Origin: Burkholderiales bacterium
GTDB taxonomy: Bacteria; Pseudomonadota; Gammaproteobacteria; Burkholderiales; SG8-41
Length of the DNA stretch: 64,000 bases
Direction of reading: 5' to 3'
NCBI GenBank assembly: GCA_043743335.1
Contig: JAYTWR010000004.1
Coordinates: 1,708-65,707, forward strand
The notes under the pieces were generated by a model. That model had not been told where the DNA came from. It searched no databases and saw only the letters and a list, made by a program, of their open reading frames with translations. Shown in pieces: positions 9,360 through 18,002 of this stretch. Position numbers and translations under genes: made by a program. Every line of letters begins with the position of its first letter. The stretch's first letter is position 1.

Positions 9360-9534
9360 TCTTATAATTGTGGGTTGATTTTAAAGTAACTTGTTGAAAT
9401 AAATCCAGTGAAATCAGATATTTAGCTAAGATTACTCAACTTGTCGTGGAAAAATTGTCAAATCCGGGCGAAAGCGCCCTGCACGGGCGTTACCGGTTTA
9501 CCCGGCACAGGGTGAGTGTGACATTGAATAATAT

Positions 9535-9552
9535 AATAAAAACAATTACTTA
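9535..9552 (+). repeat. AT-rich motif copy, one mismatch (AATAAAAACAATTACTTA)
   Basis: AAACAATTACTTA core, 21 nt upstream of ATG 9574. Confidence 0.5.
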
Positions 9553-9573
9553 TGGTAATACCCGGAGACGGGC

Positions 9574-10998
9574 ATGAGTGCCAGTGTGAGTGTGCCGCTG
9601 TGGTTGGCCGTGCCGTTGGCGTTGCTGTCGGTGGCGGCGGTGGTGCAGTTTTTTCTGCTGCCGGGCGTGCGCTGGTACTTTCGTCGCAAAATGAACCGGG
9701 TGATTGATGAGGTTAACAGTCGCTTTAACATCGAAATTCCCGAGTTCAAGCTGACGCGCCGTCAGGTGCTGATTGACCGGCTGTTTCACGACGAAAAGGT
9801 GCAGGCGGCCGTGACACAATATTGCGCGGCGCACCACGTGCCGCGCGCCGCAGTGATGGCGCGGATAGATACCTACGCGCGTGAAATTGTGCCGTCGTTT
9901 AATGCCTATGCGTATTTTCGCTGGGGTTACCGCATTGCCCGGTTTTACGCACGCTGGCTGTATCGCGTGCGGCTGGGCTATAGCGATGGCGTGGCGCTGA
10001 CATCGATCAACCCGCGGTCCTCGTTGGTGTTTGTGATGAACCACCGCAGCAATATGGATTATGTGTTGGTGGCGTTTCTGGCCGCAGAGCGCGTGGCGTT
10101 GTCGTATGCGGTGGGTGAATGGGCGCGGATCTGGCCGTTGCAAAGTCTGATACGTTCGCTGGGCGCTTATTTTGTGCGACGCAATTCCGGCGACGCGCTG
10201 TATCGCATAGTGCTGCAACGCTATGTGCAAATGGCCACCGAGGGTGGTGTGCCGCAGGCGGTGTATCCCGAAGGGGGGCTGTCGGCAGACGGCAAACTGC
10301 GCGCGCCGAAGCTGGGGTTGCTGGATTACATGCTGAAGTCGTTTGATCCGCACGCGGAGCGCGACCTCATTTTTATTCCGGTAGGTATTAACTACGACCG
10401 CGTGCTGGAAGATCGCACGCTACTGCGCAAGCTCGATACCACGTTGCCGCGCCGCGGGTTTTTCGGTGCGCTGGCCACCATGATCACTTTTTTTGCGCAC
10501 AATGTGTGGTTAATGGTGCGCGGCGGCTGGTATCGCTATGGCTACGCCTGCGTCAATTTCGGCAGGCCTATTTCTATGCGTGAATACGTTGCGCGCACGC
10601 ACGTGGATTTTCGTGCGCTAGATGAGGATGCGCGTCACCAGGCCGTGGCGCAGCTTGGCGGCACGCTGATGGGCGCGATAGGTGATGTGATTCCCGTATT
10701 GCCGGTTTCGCTGGTGGCGACGGTGTTGGCGCGCGAGCCGGAAGCCGTCAGCGGCATGGCGGAAATTGATTTAAAAACAAAGACTTATGAATTGGCGCGG
10801 CGGCTCGAAGCGGCGGGGGCGCATGTCTATGTACCGCGCAGCGATCTCGATTACGCTATCGGCGTCGGCTTGCGCATGCTGACGTTGCGCCATATTGTTG
10901 ACGAGCGCGATGGTTTGTTTTTTGTCGATGAACGTGAGCGGCCCTTGCTGGAATATTACGCCAACGCGATTGCGCCGCTGGTGGATGCGTTACGGTAG
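9574..10998 (+). CDS. glycerolipid acyltransferase (PlsB/PlsC-like, LPLAT superfamily)
   Basis: 474-aa ORF with an N-terminal TM segment, an HX4D motif (NHRSNMD) and a downstream YPEGG block. Confidence 0.75.
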   Translation: MSASVSVPLWLAVPLALLSVAAVVQFFLLPGVRWYFRRKMNRVIDEVNSRFNIEIPEFKLTRRQVLIDRLFHDEKVQAAVTQYCAAHHVPRAAVMARIDTYAREIVPSFNAYAYFRWGYRIARFYARWLYRVRLGYSDGVALTSINPRSSLVFVMNHRSNMDYVLVAFLAAERVALSYAVGEWARIWPLQSLIRSLGAYFVRRNSGDALYRIVLQRYVQMATEGGVPQAVYPEGGLSADGKLRAPKLGLLDYMLKSFDPHAERDLIFIPVGINYDRVLEDRTLLRKLDTTLPRRGFFGALATMITFFAHNVWLMVRGGWYRYGYACVNFGRPISMREYVARTHVDFRALDEDARHQAVAQLGGTLMGAIGDVIPVLPVSLVATVLAREPEAVSGMAEIDLKTKTYELARRLEAAGAHVYVPRSDLDYAIGVGLRMLTLRHIVDERDGLFFVDERERPLLEYYANAIAPLVDALR

Positions 10999-11041
10999 AA
11001 TTATTTGCTACAGAGATGCAGGGATAACACGGAGAACCAGT

Positions 11042-11890
11042 ATGCCCAGCGCAATGATTGATGGACTGAAAGTGAATTACCATGTGCAGGGCAGCGGTCC
11101 GCACTTGCTGATGCTGGCACCTGGCGGCTTTAATTCCACCATTGAAAGCTGGACGCGCGGCGGTGTGTGGAAAGAAATGGATTCCATCAACACGCTGTCG
11201 AAATCGTTCACTTGCATTGCCTATGACCGGCGTGAAGCCGGCACGTCCGGTGGTCGCGTGGAGAAATTGACGTGGGAGACTTTCGCCCGGCAAGGCCACG
11301 CGATCCTCGATCATTTAGGGGTGAAACAGGCATGGATCGTGGGCGGCTGCATGGGGGTTTCGGTGGCGGCGGCCATGGCGGTGTTGCGCCCGGCGCGTTG
11401 CACCGGTCTGTTGCTGCATTGGCCGGTGGGCGGCTATTTGTGGATGCAAAAAGGGCGCGGCTTTTATAACCGTCACATCGAATTTGTGCGCGCCAACGGC
11501 TTGGCTGCGGCTGCGGCGCGTGGTGTAACAGGAAAAAATTTCTGGCTAGACCCCGAAGCCGGCCCGTGGGCATCGCAGAACGCGACTGATCCGGCGTTTG
11601 CCGCCGACTATGTGAAGCACGACGTGACGAAGTACCTCGATCTGTGCGCGCACAGCCGCGATGCCCTCTACGGCGACACCCTGCCGTCGGGTGCTACCGG
11701 CGAGCAATTGCAGAACATCAAAACGCCGTCGCTGATCTTGCCCGGCGCGGACGCCTCGCATTCAACGTCGTCGGCTTGGGCGATGAAAGAACTGATGCCC
11801 AACGCGGAATTCTGGAACGTGCTGCCGCCCCATCAAAATGGGGCCAATGTGCTGGCGGCACTATTAGATTTTGCCAAGCGGAAATCATGA
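11042..11890 (+). CDS. alpha/beta-fold hydrolase
   Basis: ATG 11042 is preceded by GGAGA. Reads HLLMLAPGG...; the nucleophile-elbow-like GGCMG replaces the usual GxSxG, so the nucleophile is uncertain. Confidence 0.7.
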   Translation: MPSAMIDGLKVNYHVQGSGPHLLMLAPGGFNSTIESWTRGGVWKEMDSINTLSKSFTCIAYDRREAGTSGGRVEKLTWETFARQGHAILDHLGVKQAWIVGGCMGVSVAAAMAVLRPARCTGLLLHWPVGGYLWMQKGRGFYNRHIEFVRANGLAAAAARGVTGKNFWLDPEAGPWASQNATDPAFAADYVKHDVTKYLDLCAHSRDALYGDTLPSGATGEQLQNIKTPSLILPGADASHSTSSAWAMKELMPNAEFWNVLPPHQNGANVLAALLDFAKRKS

Positions 11891-11900
11891 TTTAAAAAAG

Positions 11901-11920
11901 TCAATAAAATCAATTACTTA
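11901..11920 (+). repeat. AT-rich IHF-consensus motif copy (TCAATAAAATCAATTACTTA)
   Basis: Exact core, 11 nt after the hydrolase stop and upstream of the htpX promoter region. Confidence 0.7.
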
Positions 11921-11947
11921 AGGTCGTTTGGCAAAGGCGCGGCACTA

Positions 11948-11974
11948 TTGAACTCCCGTGCTGCGCCCCCATCT
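11948..11974 (+). promoter_or_regulatory. putative sigma-32 (RpoH) heat-shock promoter of htpX
   Basis: TTGAAC (11948-11953), 13 nt, then CCCCATCT (11967-11974). This matches CTTGAAA-N13-15-CCCCATNT and lies ~100 nt upstream of htpX, a heat-shock gene in E. coli. Confidence 0.45.
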
Positions 11975-11996
11975 AATGCCACGTACCAAGCATTTA

Positions 11997-12024
11997 TTGC
12001 ATAGTTGCATAGTTGCCTAGTTGA
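11997..12024 (+). repeat. 8-bp tandem repeat TTGCATAG x3 (third copy TTGCCTAG)
   Basis: Read directly: ttgcatag ttgcatag ttgcctag ttga. It lies between the putative promoter and the htpX ATG. Confidence 0.8.
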
Positions 12025-12072
12025 ACACGCTGATTAAAACCAAAAAATCATAACCAGACGAGGACTTATTTT

Positions 12073-12945
12073 ATGAAACGCATCTTCCTGTTTTTGATGA
12101 CCAACTTGGCCATTCTGTTGGTGATCAGCTTCACGCTGCGTTTGTTAGGCGTGGACAAAGTGGTTGGGCAAAATGGCATTAATTTCAATGCCCTGCTGAT
12201 CATGTCGCTGGTGGTGGGTTTTTCGGGCTCGCTGATTTCGCTGTTTTTGTCGAAGTGGATGGCCAAACGCTCGGTGGGCGCGCAGGTTATTGAAACGCCG
12301 TCCAACGCCACCGAGCAATGGTTGGTTAGCACCGTCAAGCGGCAGGCGGAGCAGGCGGGCATCGGCATGCCGGAAGTGGCGATTTACGATTCGCCGGAAA
12401 TCAACGCCTTCGCCACCGGCTGGAACAAAAACAACGCGCTGGTCGCCGTCAGCACCGGCCTCATGAACAACATGAGCGCCGACGAAGCCGAAGCCGTGCT
12501 CGGCCATGAAATCAGCCACGTCGCCAACGGCGACATGGTGACGCTCACCCTGATACAGGGCGTGGTCAACACCTTTGTGATCTTCCTGTCGCGGCTGGTC
12601 GGTTACTTTGTCGATCGCGTGATTCTCAAAAACGATCGCGGCGAAGGCATCGGATTTTTTGTGGCGTCCATGGTGGCGCAACTGGTGCTCGGCGTTTTCG
12701 CCAGCATGATCGTCATGTGGTTTAGCCGCTATCGCGAATTTCACGCGGATACCGGCGGTGCTAATCTGGCCGGCAAACAGAAGATGATTGCGGCGCTGGA
12801 GCGGCTGAAATTGAATCAGGAGCAAGCCGCATTGCCCGCAGGCGTGGCAGCATTCGGCATCTCGGGCGGCGGCGCGTTCAGCAAGCTGTTCATGACCCAC
12901 CCGCCGCTGGAAGAGCGCATCGAGGCGCTGCGGCGGTCGGTTTAA
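12073..12945 (+). CDS. htpX: zinc metalloprotease HtpX
   Basis: 290-aa ORF starting [27 protein letters not shown] zinc motif, four TM segments and a GAGGA SD upstream. Confidence 0.95.
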   Translation: MKRIFLFLMTNLAILLVISFTLRLLGVDKVVGQNGINFNALLIMSLVVGFSGSLISLFLSKWMAKRSVGAQVIETPSNATEQWLVSTVKRQAEQAGIGMPEVAIYDSPEINAFATGWNKNNALVAVSTGLMNNMSADEAEAVLGHEISHVANGDMVTLTLIQGVVNTFVIFLSRLVGYFVDRVILKNDRGEGIGFFVASMVAQLVLGVFASMIVMWFSRYREFHADTGGANLAGKQKMIAALERLKLNQEQAALPAGVAAFGISGGGAFSKLFMTHPPLEERIEALRRSV

Positions 12946-12971
12946 TTCCGCTGGCTTACCGGTTACGCATC

Positions 12972-13002
12972 ACCGCTGCGGCGCGAAGACGCAGCGGTTT
13001 TG
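12972..13002 (+). terminator. hairpin after htpX
   Basis: ACCGCTGCG-loop-CGCAGCGGT followed by TTT. Confidence 0.45.
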
Positions 13003-13016
13003 CAGGGACGGGCCAT

Positions 13017-13054
13017 AAAAACGGCGATTTGCCTTTACGGTAAATCGCCGTTTT
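13017..13054. terminator. bidirectional rho-independent terminator between htpX and the convergent 1133-aa gene
   Basis: AAAACGGCGATTTGCC / GGTAAATCGCCGTTTT stem, flanked by an A-run on the left and a T-run on the right. Confidence 0.65.
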
Positions 13055-13117
13055 GCTTTTGTTCGCGTTTCTTTCAGGTCTCTGCGATGAAGCCTTAGAC
13101 TTTGACCTCTGCTACCG

Positions 13118-16100
13118 CTACTTCAGTACCGGGTCGCGCAAAGTCCCACTGGTAGCCAGCACGCCGCGCGCGACCACCACGCCTTTGCTGCCCAATTCAG
13201 CATTGATGCTGCCCGACAAAGCGCCGTTGTTGACATCTACCGCGCCCGACGCGTTCATCGGGCCCGAGCTCAACTGTAGCTGCCGGTAGCTGTATCGGGT
13301 GCCGGCGACCTGCACGGTGCCGCTGAGGTTATCGAAGCGTGTCTTGCCGCCGCGTTGACCGCCAGCGCGCGCGGTTTGCAAAGCGCGTACGACATCGACA
13401 TTGTTGAGTTCGCCGCCAGCCAGCGTAAAGCTGCCTTCGACGCGTGTGTCGTCGAACAGTGTTTTAACCGTGGTGCCCGCGAGCGCATAGTTGGCGTTGA
13501 GACTCAGGGTGCCAGTTGAAGAGAAATTTGTGGTGAAAGCGGGCATAAGCTGGTTCAGGCGGCTGTTTTCGAGCTTCAAATCACCGTCCGCCTGAAGGGT
13601 GCTGCCCCAGGTGGCTTTCAATTGACCCGTGAGTGCGCCGCCGCCGACGCGTCCCTTGAAGCTGGAGACGGTAGCACCGTTGCCATCGACGATGGCTGTC
13701 GCTTCAAGTTCGTCAAATTCCACTGCGGGGCCGATCAACGGTTTCCAGCCGCTGGCCGTGAGCGTGACCTGCCACACCTTATCCTTGGGGGTGACTTCGA
13801 AGCGCGCCTTCTCCACATTGAAGATTGCCTTGCGCAACTCGCCGCGGTTACCGAGTGTGGCCTCCACCTCAAACGGCGGAATTTCCACGTCTCGGGTGGC
13901 AAGCTTTACCCCACGAAACTTAACGCGCGCCACTTGCAAATCCGGATCATTCGCCTGCGCGCCTACCCAACCGGCCACCGCACCCGCCGCATCGGCATCG
14001 AGCGTCACGCTTTTGACATCAATCGAGTCAAAGTTGCGCGTGCCGCTGATGAGCCCCAGCGGGCCGATGGCGACATACACCGCATCGGCTTTCACCTCCT
14101 GTAGTTTGCCGATACTGACTTTTTCCAGCGTGAGCTTGGGTGACGGAAACAATTCGTAGCGCATGGTGGAGATCGACACCGGTTGTCCTAGGCGCTTGCT
14201 CATGAGATCTTGCACGGCGGGCACATAACCCGACAGCGGAATCATAGGCAGCAGGGCGAGTGATGCACCGCCTGCGACCACGGCACCTATGGCACCCTTC
14301 GCCAGCCAGTTTTTCTTGCGGCCTGCTGGCGCCGGCGCAGTAGCTTTGGCACCGGCATCGCGCGCTTGTCGCTCGGTGGCGGATTTTTTGGCGCGCTCTT
14401 CCGCGTCGGCGCGATATTGGGCTTCCTCGGCGCGCTCGGCTTCGTCGCGCGCTTTAAGCTCACGCGCCACGCGCGCGGCGATATCCGTCTCCGCGCGCGC
14501 GCGCGACTGCTGTTCCTGCAAGACGCGCTGCACGGCCTCGGCCTTGGCGCGGTCTTCGGCGGCAGCGCGAGCGGCTTGCTCGGTTTTGACTTTGGCTTCC
14601 GCTTCGGTCTTGGCCTTGGTTGCCGCTTCGGCCATAGCCGTCGCGCGTGCTACCGCTTCTTCGGCAGCGCGGGCCGCTACTTGCACTTGCTCGTTGGCTT
14701 TGCGGATTTGTTCCGGATCGCCAGCCGCCGTGGTGAGCAGGCGTTTTTCTGCTTCCTCGCGTGCCTGCTTTGCAACCGCCGCTTGCTGTTCGGCCTGTTC
14801 GCGCGCCTTGCGTTCAGCGGCAATTGTTTGCGCCAATTCCTGCATGGCCGTGCGTTCAGCCTGTTGGCGTTGTGCGCGCTCAGCTTCGGCTTGGGCGTCG
14901 GCTTCTGCGCGCACTTTTTTCTCGGCCGCCATCAGCGCTTCAACTTCCGTGCGGGCTTTTAGCTCAGCCTCGGCGCGAGCCTGATTCACCGCCGCTTCGC
15001 GCAGACTGCGTTCGTTGTCGGCGCGCGCTTCGGCCTCTAGGCGCGCCTTGCGTTCGGTTTCCGTTTGCGCGGCGCTTTCTGCTTGAACGCGTGCGCTTTG
15101 CGCTTGCGCCTCGCGTATCTGCGCATTGGCACGCGCTTCGATTTCCTCGCGCGCTTCGCGTTCAGCCGCCGCCTGAAGCTCAGCCTCGACCTTGGCCATG
15201 CGCGCCTGATCTTTCAGTTCGCGCACCAGTTCACGCGTGTTCGCGTCGGCTTCCTCACGCGCTTTGGCGATCTCAGTTTCGCGGGTTGCGCGCTCGGCTT
15301 CCTGTAATTTGCGCAGCTCAGATTCCATCTGGGCGCGGGCTTCTGCCTTGGCTTTGCCCTCGGCCTCGGCGACTGCGCGCCCTTTGGCTTCTTCGAGCGC
15401 CTTCATGGCTTGCTGTACGCGGGCCTGTGCCTCGGCGTCACGGGTGCGATCACGCACCTGTGATTCGGCGTCGGCTTTGGCGCGAGCGGCTTCTTCGGCC
15501 ATGGCGCGCGCCTCGGCGGTGGCTTTTTCGGCACCACGGCTACGCATTTCGGCTTCTTCGAGCGCCTTGTGTTCGGCTTCGCTGCGTGCGCGGATTTCCG
15601 CTTCGAATTGCTCGCGTTTGGCGGACTCATCGGCGGCGAGTTTTTCCGCGCGTGCCAGCGCTTCGGACATCACCTTCATTTGCGCTTCAAGGGCTTCGCG
15701 GGCCTTGGCCTCGGCGGCGGCGCGCGCGAGGGCCTCGGCTTCGGCGCGCTGCGCGGTGTCGGCGCTGGCTTTGGCTTCCGCCTCGGCACGTTCGTTGGCC
15801 TGCGCCTGACGCCGTGCCTGCGCTTCGGCTTCGCCCCGCGCGCGGGCCTCAGCCTCGGCTCTGAGTTTGGCTTCCATCGCGGTGCGCAAGCGCGCTTCGG
15901 CTTCTGCACGTACTTTGGTGTCCGCTGCGGACTTGGCATCCGCAGACGCTCGCATGGCGGCTTCGGCACGGGCCTTGGCCTCCGCTTCGGCGCGTTGGCG
16001 GGCCTCGGCTTCGGCCTTGATGCGGGCTTCTGCAATCACGCGCGCGCGCTTTTCGGCTTCTTGACGGACTTTGGCTCTGGCGGACTCAGCAGCGGCGGCT

Positions 16101-16519
16101 TCGGCGCGCGCCTTGGCTTCGGTTTCGGCTTTGCCGTGTTCGCTGACTTCAGACTGCACTTTGGCCACGCCTGCGGCCGAGGTGAAGTCGAGTCCGTCAC
16201 CTACGCCTTCATCATCAGAATCGTCGAAGGGGTTGATGTCAACGGCGCCGATTCTTATCGGCTGTGTGACATTGAGCCGGTTATTGGGATCGAGATCCGG
16301 TCCGGAGAAAACGCGGATATAGCCCTCGGTGACCAGTTGCTCCAGCGCGAGGTGGCAGTGACCTTCGGGTACGCCGGATTTTCCGACGAGCTCGGCGACG
16401 GCGCATTTGCCGTCTACGGCAGCAAATATGCGGCTAAGCTCCCGCGGCAGTTTGGTGCTGCGCGCTTCGCGTATGCCTTTGGTGGTACGCGTGAAGACCG
16501 TTTCGCCGTGGTAGATCAT
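13118..16519 (-). CDS. large membrane protein: N-terminal globular domain, ~600-aa A/E/R/K-rich helical repeat region, TM helix, AsmA-like C-terminal domain
   Basis: 1133-aa ORF. Residues ~130-760 are almost entirely EAEAKARAEAE-type repeats. They are followed by RKKNWLAKGAIGAVVAGGASLALLPMIPL (TM), then a ~365-aa Gly/Ser/Thr/Val-rich domain resembling AsmA-family proteins. Confidence 0.75.
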   Translation of the reverse strand: MIYHGETVFTRTTKGIREARSTKLPRELSRIFAAVDGKCAVAELVGKSGVPEGHCHLALEQLVTEGYIRVFSGPDLDPNNRLNVTQPIRIGAVDINPFDDSDDEGVGDGLDFTSAAGVAKVQSEVSEHGKAETEAKARAEAAAAESARAKVRQEAEKRARVIAEARIKAEAEARQRAEAEAKARAEAAMRASADAKSAADTKVRAEAEARLRTAMEAKLRAEAEARARGEAEAQARRQAQANERAEAEAKASADTAQRAEAEALARAAAEAKAREALEAQMKVMSEALARAEKLAADESAKREQFEAEIRARSEAEHKALEEAEMRSRGAEKATAEARAMAEEAARAKADAESQVRDRTRDAEAQARVQQAMKALEEAKGRAVAEAEGKAKAEARAQMESELRKLQEAERATRETEIAKAREEADANTRELVRELKDQARMAKVEAELQAAAEREAREEIEARANAQIREAQAQSARVQAESAAQTETERKARLEAEARADNERSLREAAVNQARAEAELKARTEVEALMAAEKKVRAEADAQAEAERAQRQQAERTAMQELAQTIAAERKAREQAEQQAAVAKQAREEAEKRLLTTAAGDPEQIRKANEQVQVAARAAEEAVARATAMAEAATKAKTEAEAKVKTEQAARAAAEDRAKAEAVQRVLQEQQSRARAETDIAARVARELKARDEAERAEEAQYRADAEERAKKSATERQARDAGAKATAPAPAGRKKNWLAKGAIGAVVAGGASLALLPMIPLSGYVPAVQDLMSKRLGQPVSISTMRYELFPSPKLTLEKVSIGKLQEVKADAVYVAIGPLGLISGTRNFDSIDVKSVTLDADAAGAVAGWVGAQANDPDLQVARVKFRGVKLATRDVEIPPFEVEATLGNRGELRKAIFNVEKARFEVTPKDKVWQVTLTASGWKPLIGPAVEFDELEATAIVDGNGATVSSFKGRVGGGALTGQLKATWGSTLQADGDLKLENSRLNQLMPAFTTNFSSTGTLSLNANYALAGTTVKTLFDDTRVEGSFTLAGGELNNVDVVRALQTARAGGQRGGKTRFDNLSGTVQVAGTRYSYRQLQLSSGPMNASGAVDVNNGALSGSINAELGSKGVVVARGVLATSGTLRDPVLK

Positions 16520-16679
16520 CGGGTCTTGGGGGTAAGGATGGACACTACTGCCAGCAGGGAAACCGCTTCCCTACGCTCAATACTGCGATTGTTCGTCACA
16601 AATCGTTCAACTATTATAGTTATATTTCAAAAACTTACTAGCGATGCGGTGTTCGCTGCCGCGTTCGCTGCCGTGTTCA

Positions 16680-17657
16680 CTATGAGCCTTCTACCGCCAG
16701 CAGAATTTTGCCGGTGTGGCCTGCCGATTCCATCAACGCGTGGGCTTCCGCCGCGGCAGATAACGGGAACGTGCGCCCGGTGACAACGCGGATTTTTCCG
16801 GCTTCGATCAGCGGCCAGACTTGGGCTTCCAGCGCTTGGGCGATGCGGGTTTTGTAGGCGACGGGGCGTGTGCGCAGTGTTGAGCCGGTGTAACTTAAGC
16901 GCTTTAGCATGATGGGCATTAAATTGATTTCCACCTTGGAGCCCGCGGCGAACGCGAGTTGGATGATGCGCGCGTCGGGTGAGGCGGCTTTGATGTTTTT
17001 TTCGATATTGGCACCGCCGACAATATCAAGAATCACGTTAGCGCCGCCCTCGGTGCGCACGACTTCCACAAAGTCTTCGGTCTTGTAGTCGATGACGCGA
17101 TCGGCACCCAAGTCGCGGCACAACTGGCAGCGCGCATCGGGGCTGTCGGTGGCGATGACTTTCGCGCCGAACGCCTTGCCCAGTTGTATGCACGTGGAGC
17201 CGATGCCGCCTGCGCCGCCGTGCACCAAGAAGGTTTCGCCCGCTTTTAACTGCGCGCCGGCGAAGACGTTGCTCCAAACGGTGAAAAACGTTTCGGGCAA
17301 ACCGGCGGCGTCGACCAGCGATACACCCTTGGGGATCGGCAGGCAATGATTGGCGTCAATCACGCAATACTCGGCATAACCGCCGCCGTTGGTGAGACCG
17401 CACAGCGCGTCACCTATTTTCCAGCGCGTGACGCCCGCACCTACGGCAGTGACCACGCCGGAGATTTCCAGTCCCAACAAATCCGAGGCACCGGGGGGCG
17501 CAGGGTAGAGCCCTTTGCGCTGCATCATGTCTGGACCGTTGACGCCGGTGGCGGCGACTTTGACCAACACTTCGCCGGCTTTGGGCGCGGGCAGGGGGCG
17601 CTCGGCGAGCGTCAGTACCTCGGGGCCGCCGGGCTTGCTGATGGCGATGACTTTCAT
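16680..17657 (-). CDS. NAD(P)H:quinone oxidoreductase (zeta-crystallin/MDR family)
   Basis: 325-aa ORF. VLVKVAATGVNGPDMMQRKGLYP.. and the HGGAGGIGS nucleotide-binding motif. Confidence 0.85.
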   Translation of the reverse strand: MKVIAISKPGGPEVLTLAERPLPAPKAGEVLVKVAATGVNGPDMMQRKGLYPAPPGASDLLGLEISGVVTAVGAGVTRWKIGDALCGLTNGGGYAEYCVIDANHCLPIPKGVSLVDAAGLPETFFTVWSNVFAGAQLKAGETFLVHGGAGGIGSTCIQLGKAFGAKVIATDSPDARCQLCRDLGADRVIDYKTEDFVEVVRTEGGANVILDIVGGANIEKNIKAASPDARIIQLAFAAGSKVEINLMPIMLKRLSYTGSTLRTRPVAYKTRIAQALEAQVWPLIEAGKIRVVTGRTFPLSAAAEAHALMESAGHTGKILLAVEGS

Positions 17658-17775
17658 AGATTTCTCGAAGGGGCGTTGCGAATGGGTGAATGAAAGCTCA
17701 TGTTAGCATGCGCTGCAACAGTACCAATTGCGATGCGCTTGCCGCCATGACAATGATTGGGATGCGAAGCCTTCC

Positions 17776-17952
17776 AGCTTGAATACCGAGTTGCGTAAAG
17801 TGGTGGCGCAGCCCGAACTGCAGCGCCAACTGGCGGAGCAGGGTTACGAGCCGTTGAGCGGCACTGCGGAATCATTCGACGCCTACATTCGTTCTGAAAT
17901 TGCCCAATGGACGCGCGTGGTTAAGGCCGCGAGAATTAACGTATCTAATTGA
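17776..17952 (+). pseudogene. C-terminal fragment (~55 aa) of a Bug/TctC-family binding protein
   Basis: SLNTELRKVVAQPELQRQLAEQGYEPLSGTAESFDAYIRSEIAQWTRVVKAARI aligns with the last ~55 residues of the intact Bug paralogs in this window. No N-terminal part is present upstream. Confidence 0.6.
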
Positions 17953-17961
17953 TTTTATTGA
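17941..17961 (-). repeat. AT-rich motif copy, one mismatch (minus strand TCAATAAAATCAATTAGATAC)
   Basis: It overlaps the stop of the Bug fragment and lies 42 nt downstream of the kinase stop. Confidence 0.55.
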
Positions 17962-18002
17962 GAGTTACGGTTATTTCGCCGTTCGCGGCAGCGCGATGCC
18001 GC

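Noticed and set aside
9550-10353. 267-aa minus-strand ORF antisense to the acyltransferase; likewise 60158-60979 antisense to the MFS gene
   Set aside because: They are His/Arg/Gln-rich shadow ORFs. The sense genes have HX4D and 12-TM architectures.
14289-16783. Several long plus-strand ORFs (231, 198, 367, 190 and 404 aa) and extra minus-frame ORFs across 14.3-16.8 kb
   Set aside because: They are low-complexity read-throughs of the GC-rich A/E/R/K repeat DNA of the 1133-aa gene. Their compositions (poly-Ala/Ser/Arg/Phe/Gly) are not protein-like.
17728-17775. Full 74-aa ORF (MRCACRHDNDWDAKPS...) as an intact small gene
   Set aside because: Only the last ~55 residues resemble anything (a Bug C-terminus). 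The N-terminal part is arbitrary read-through, so it is treated as a gene fragment.
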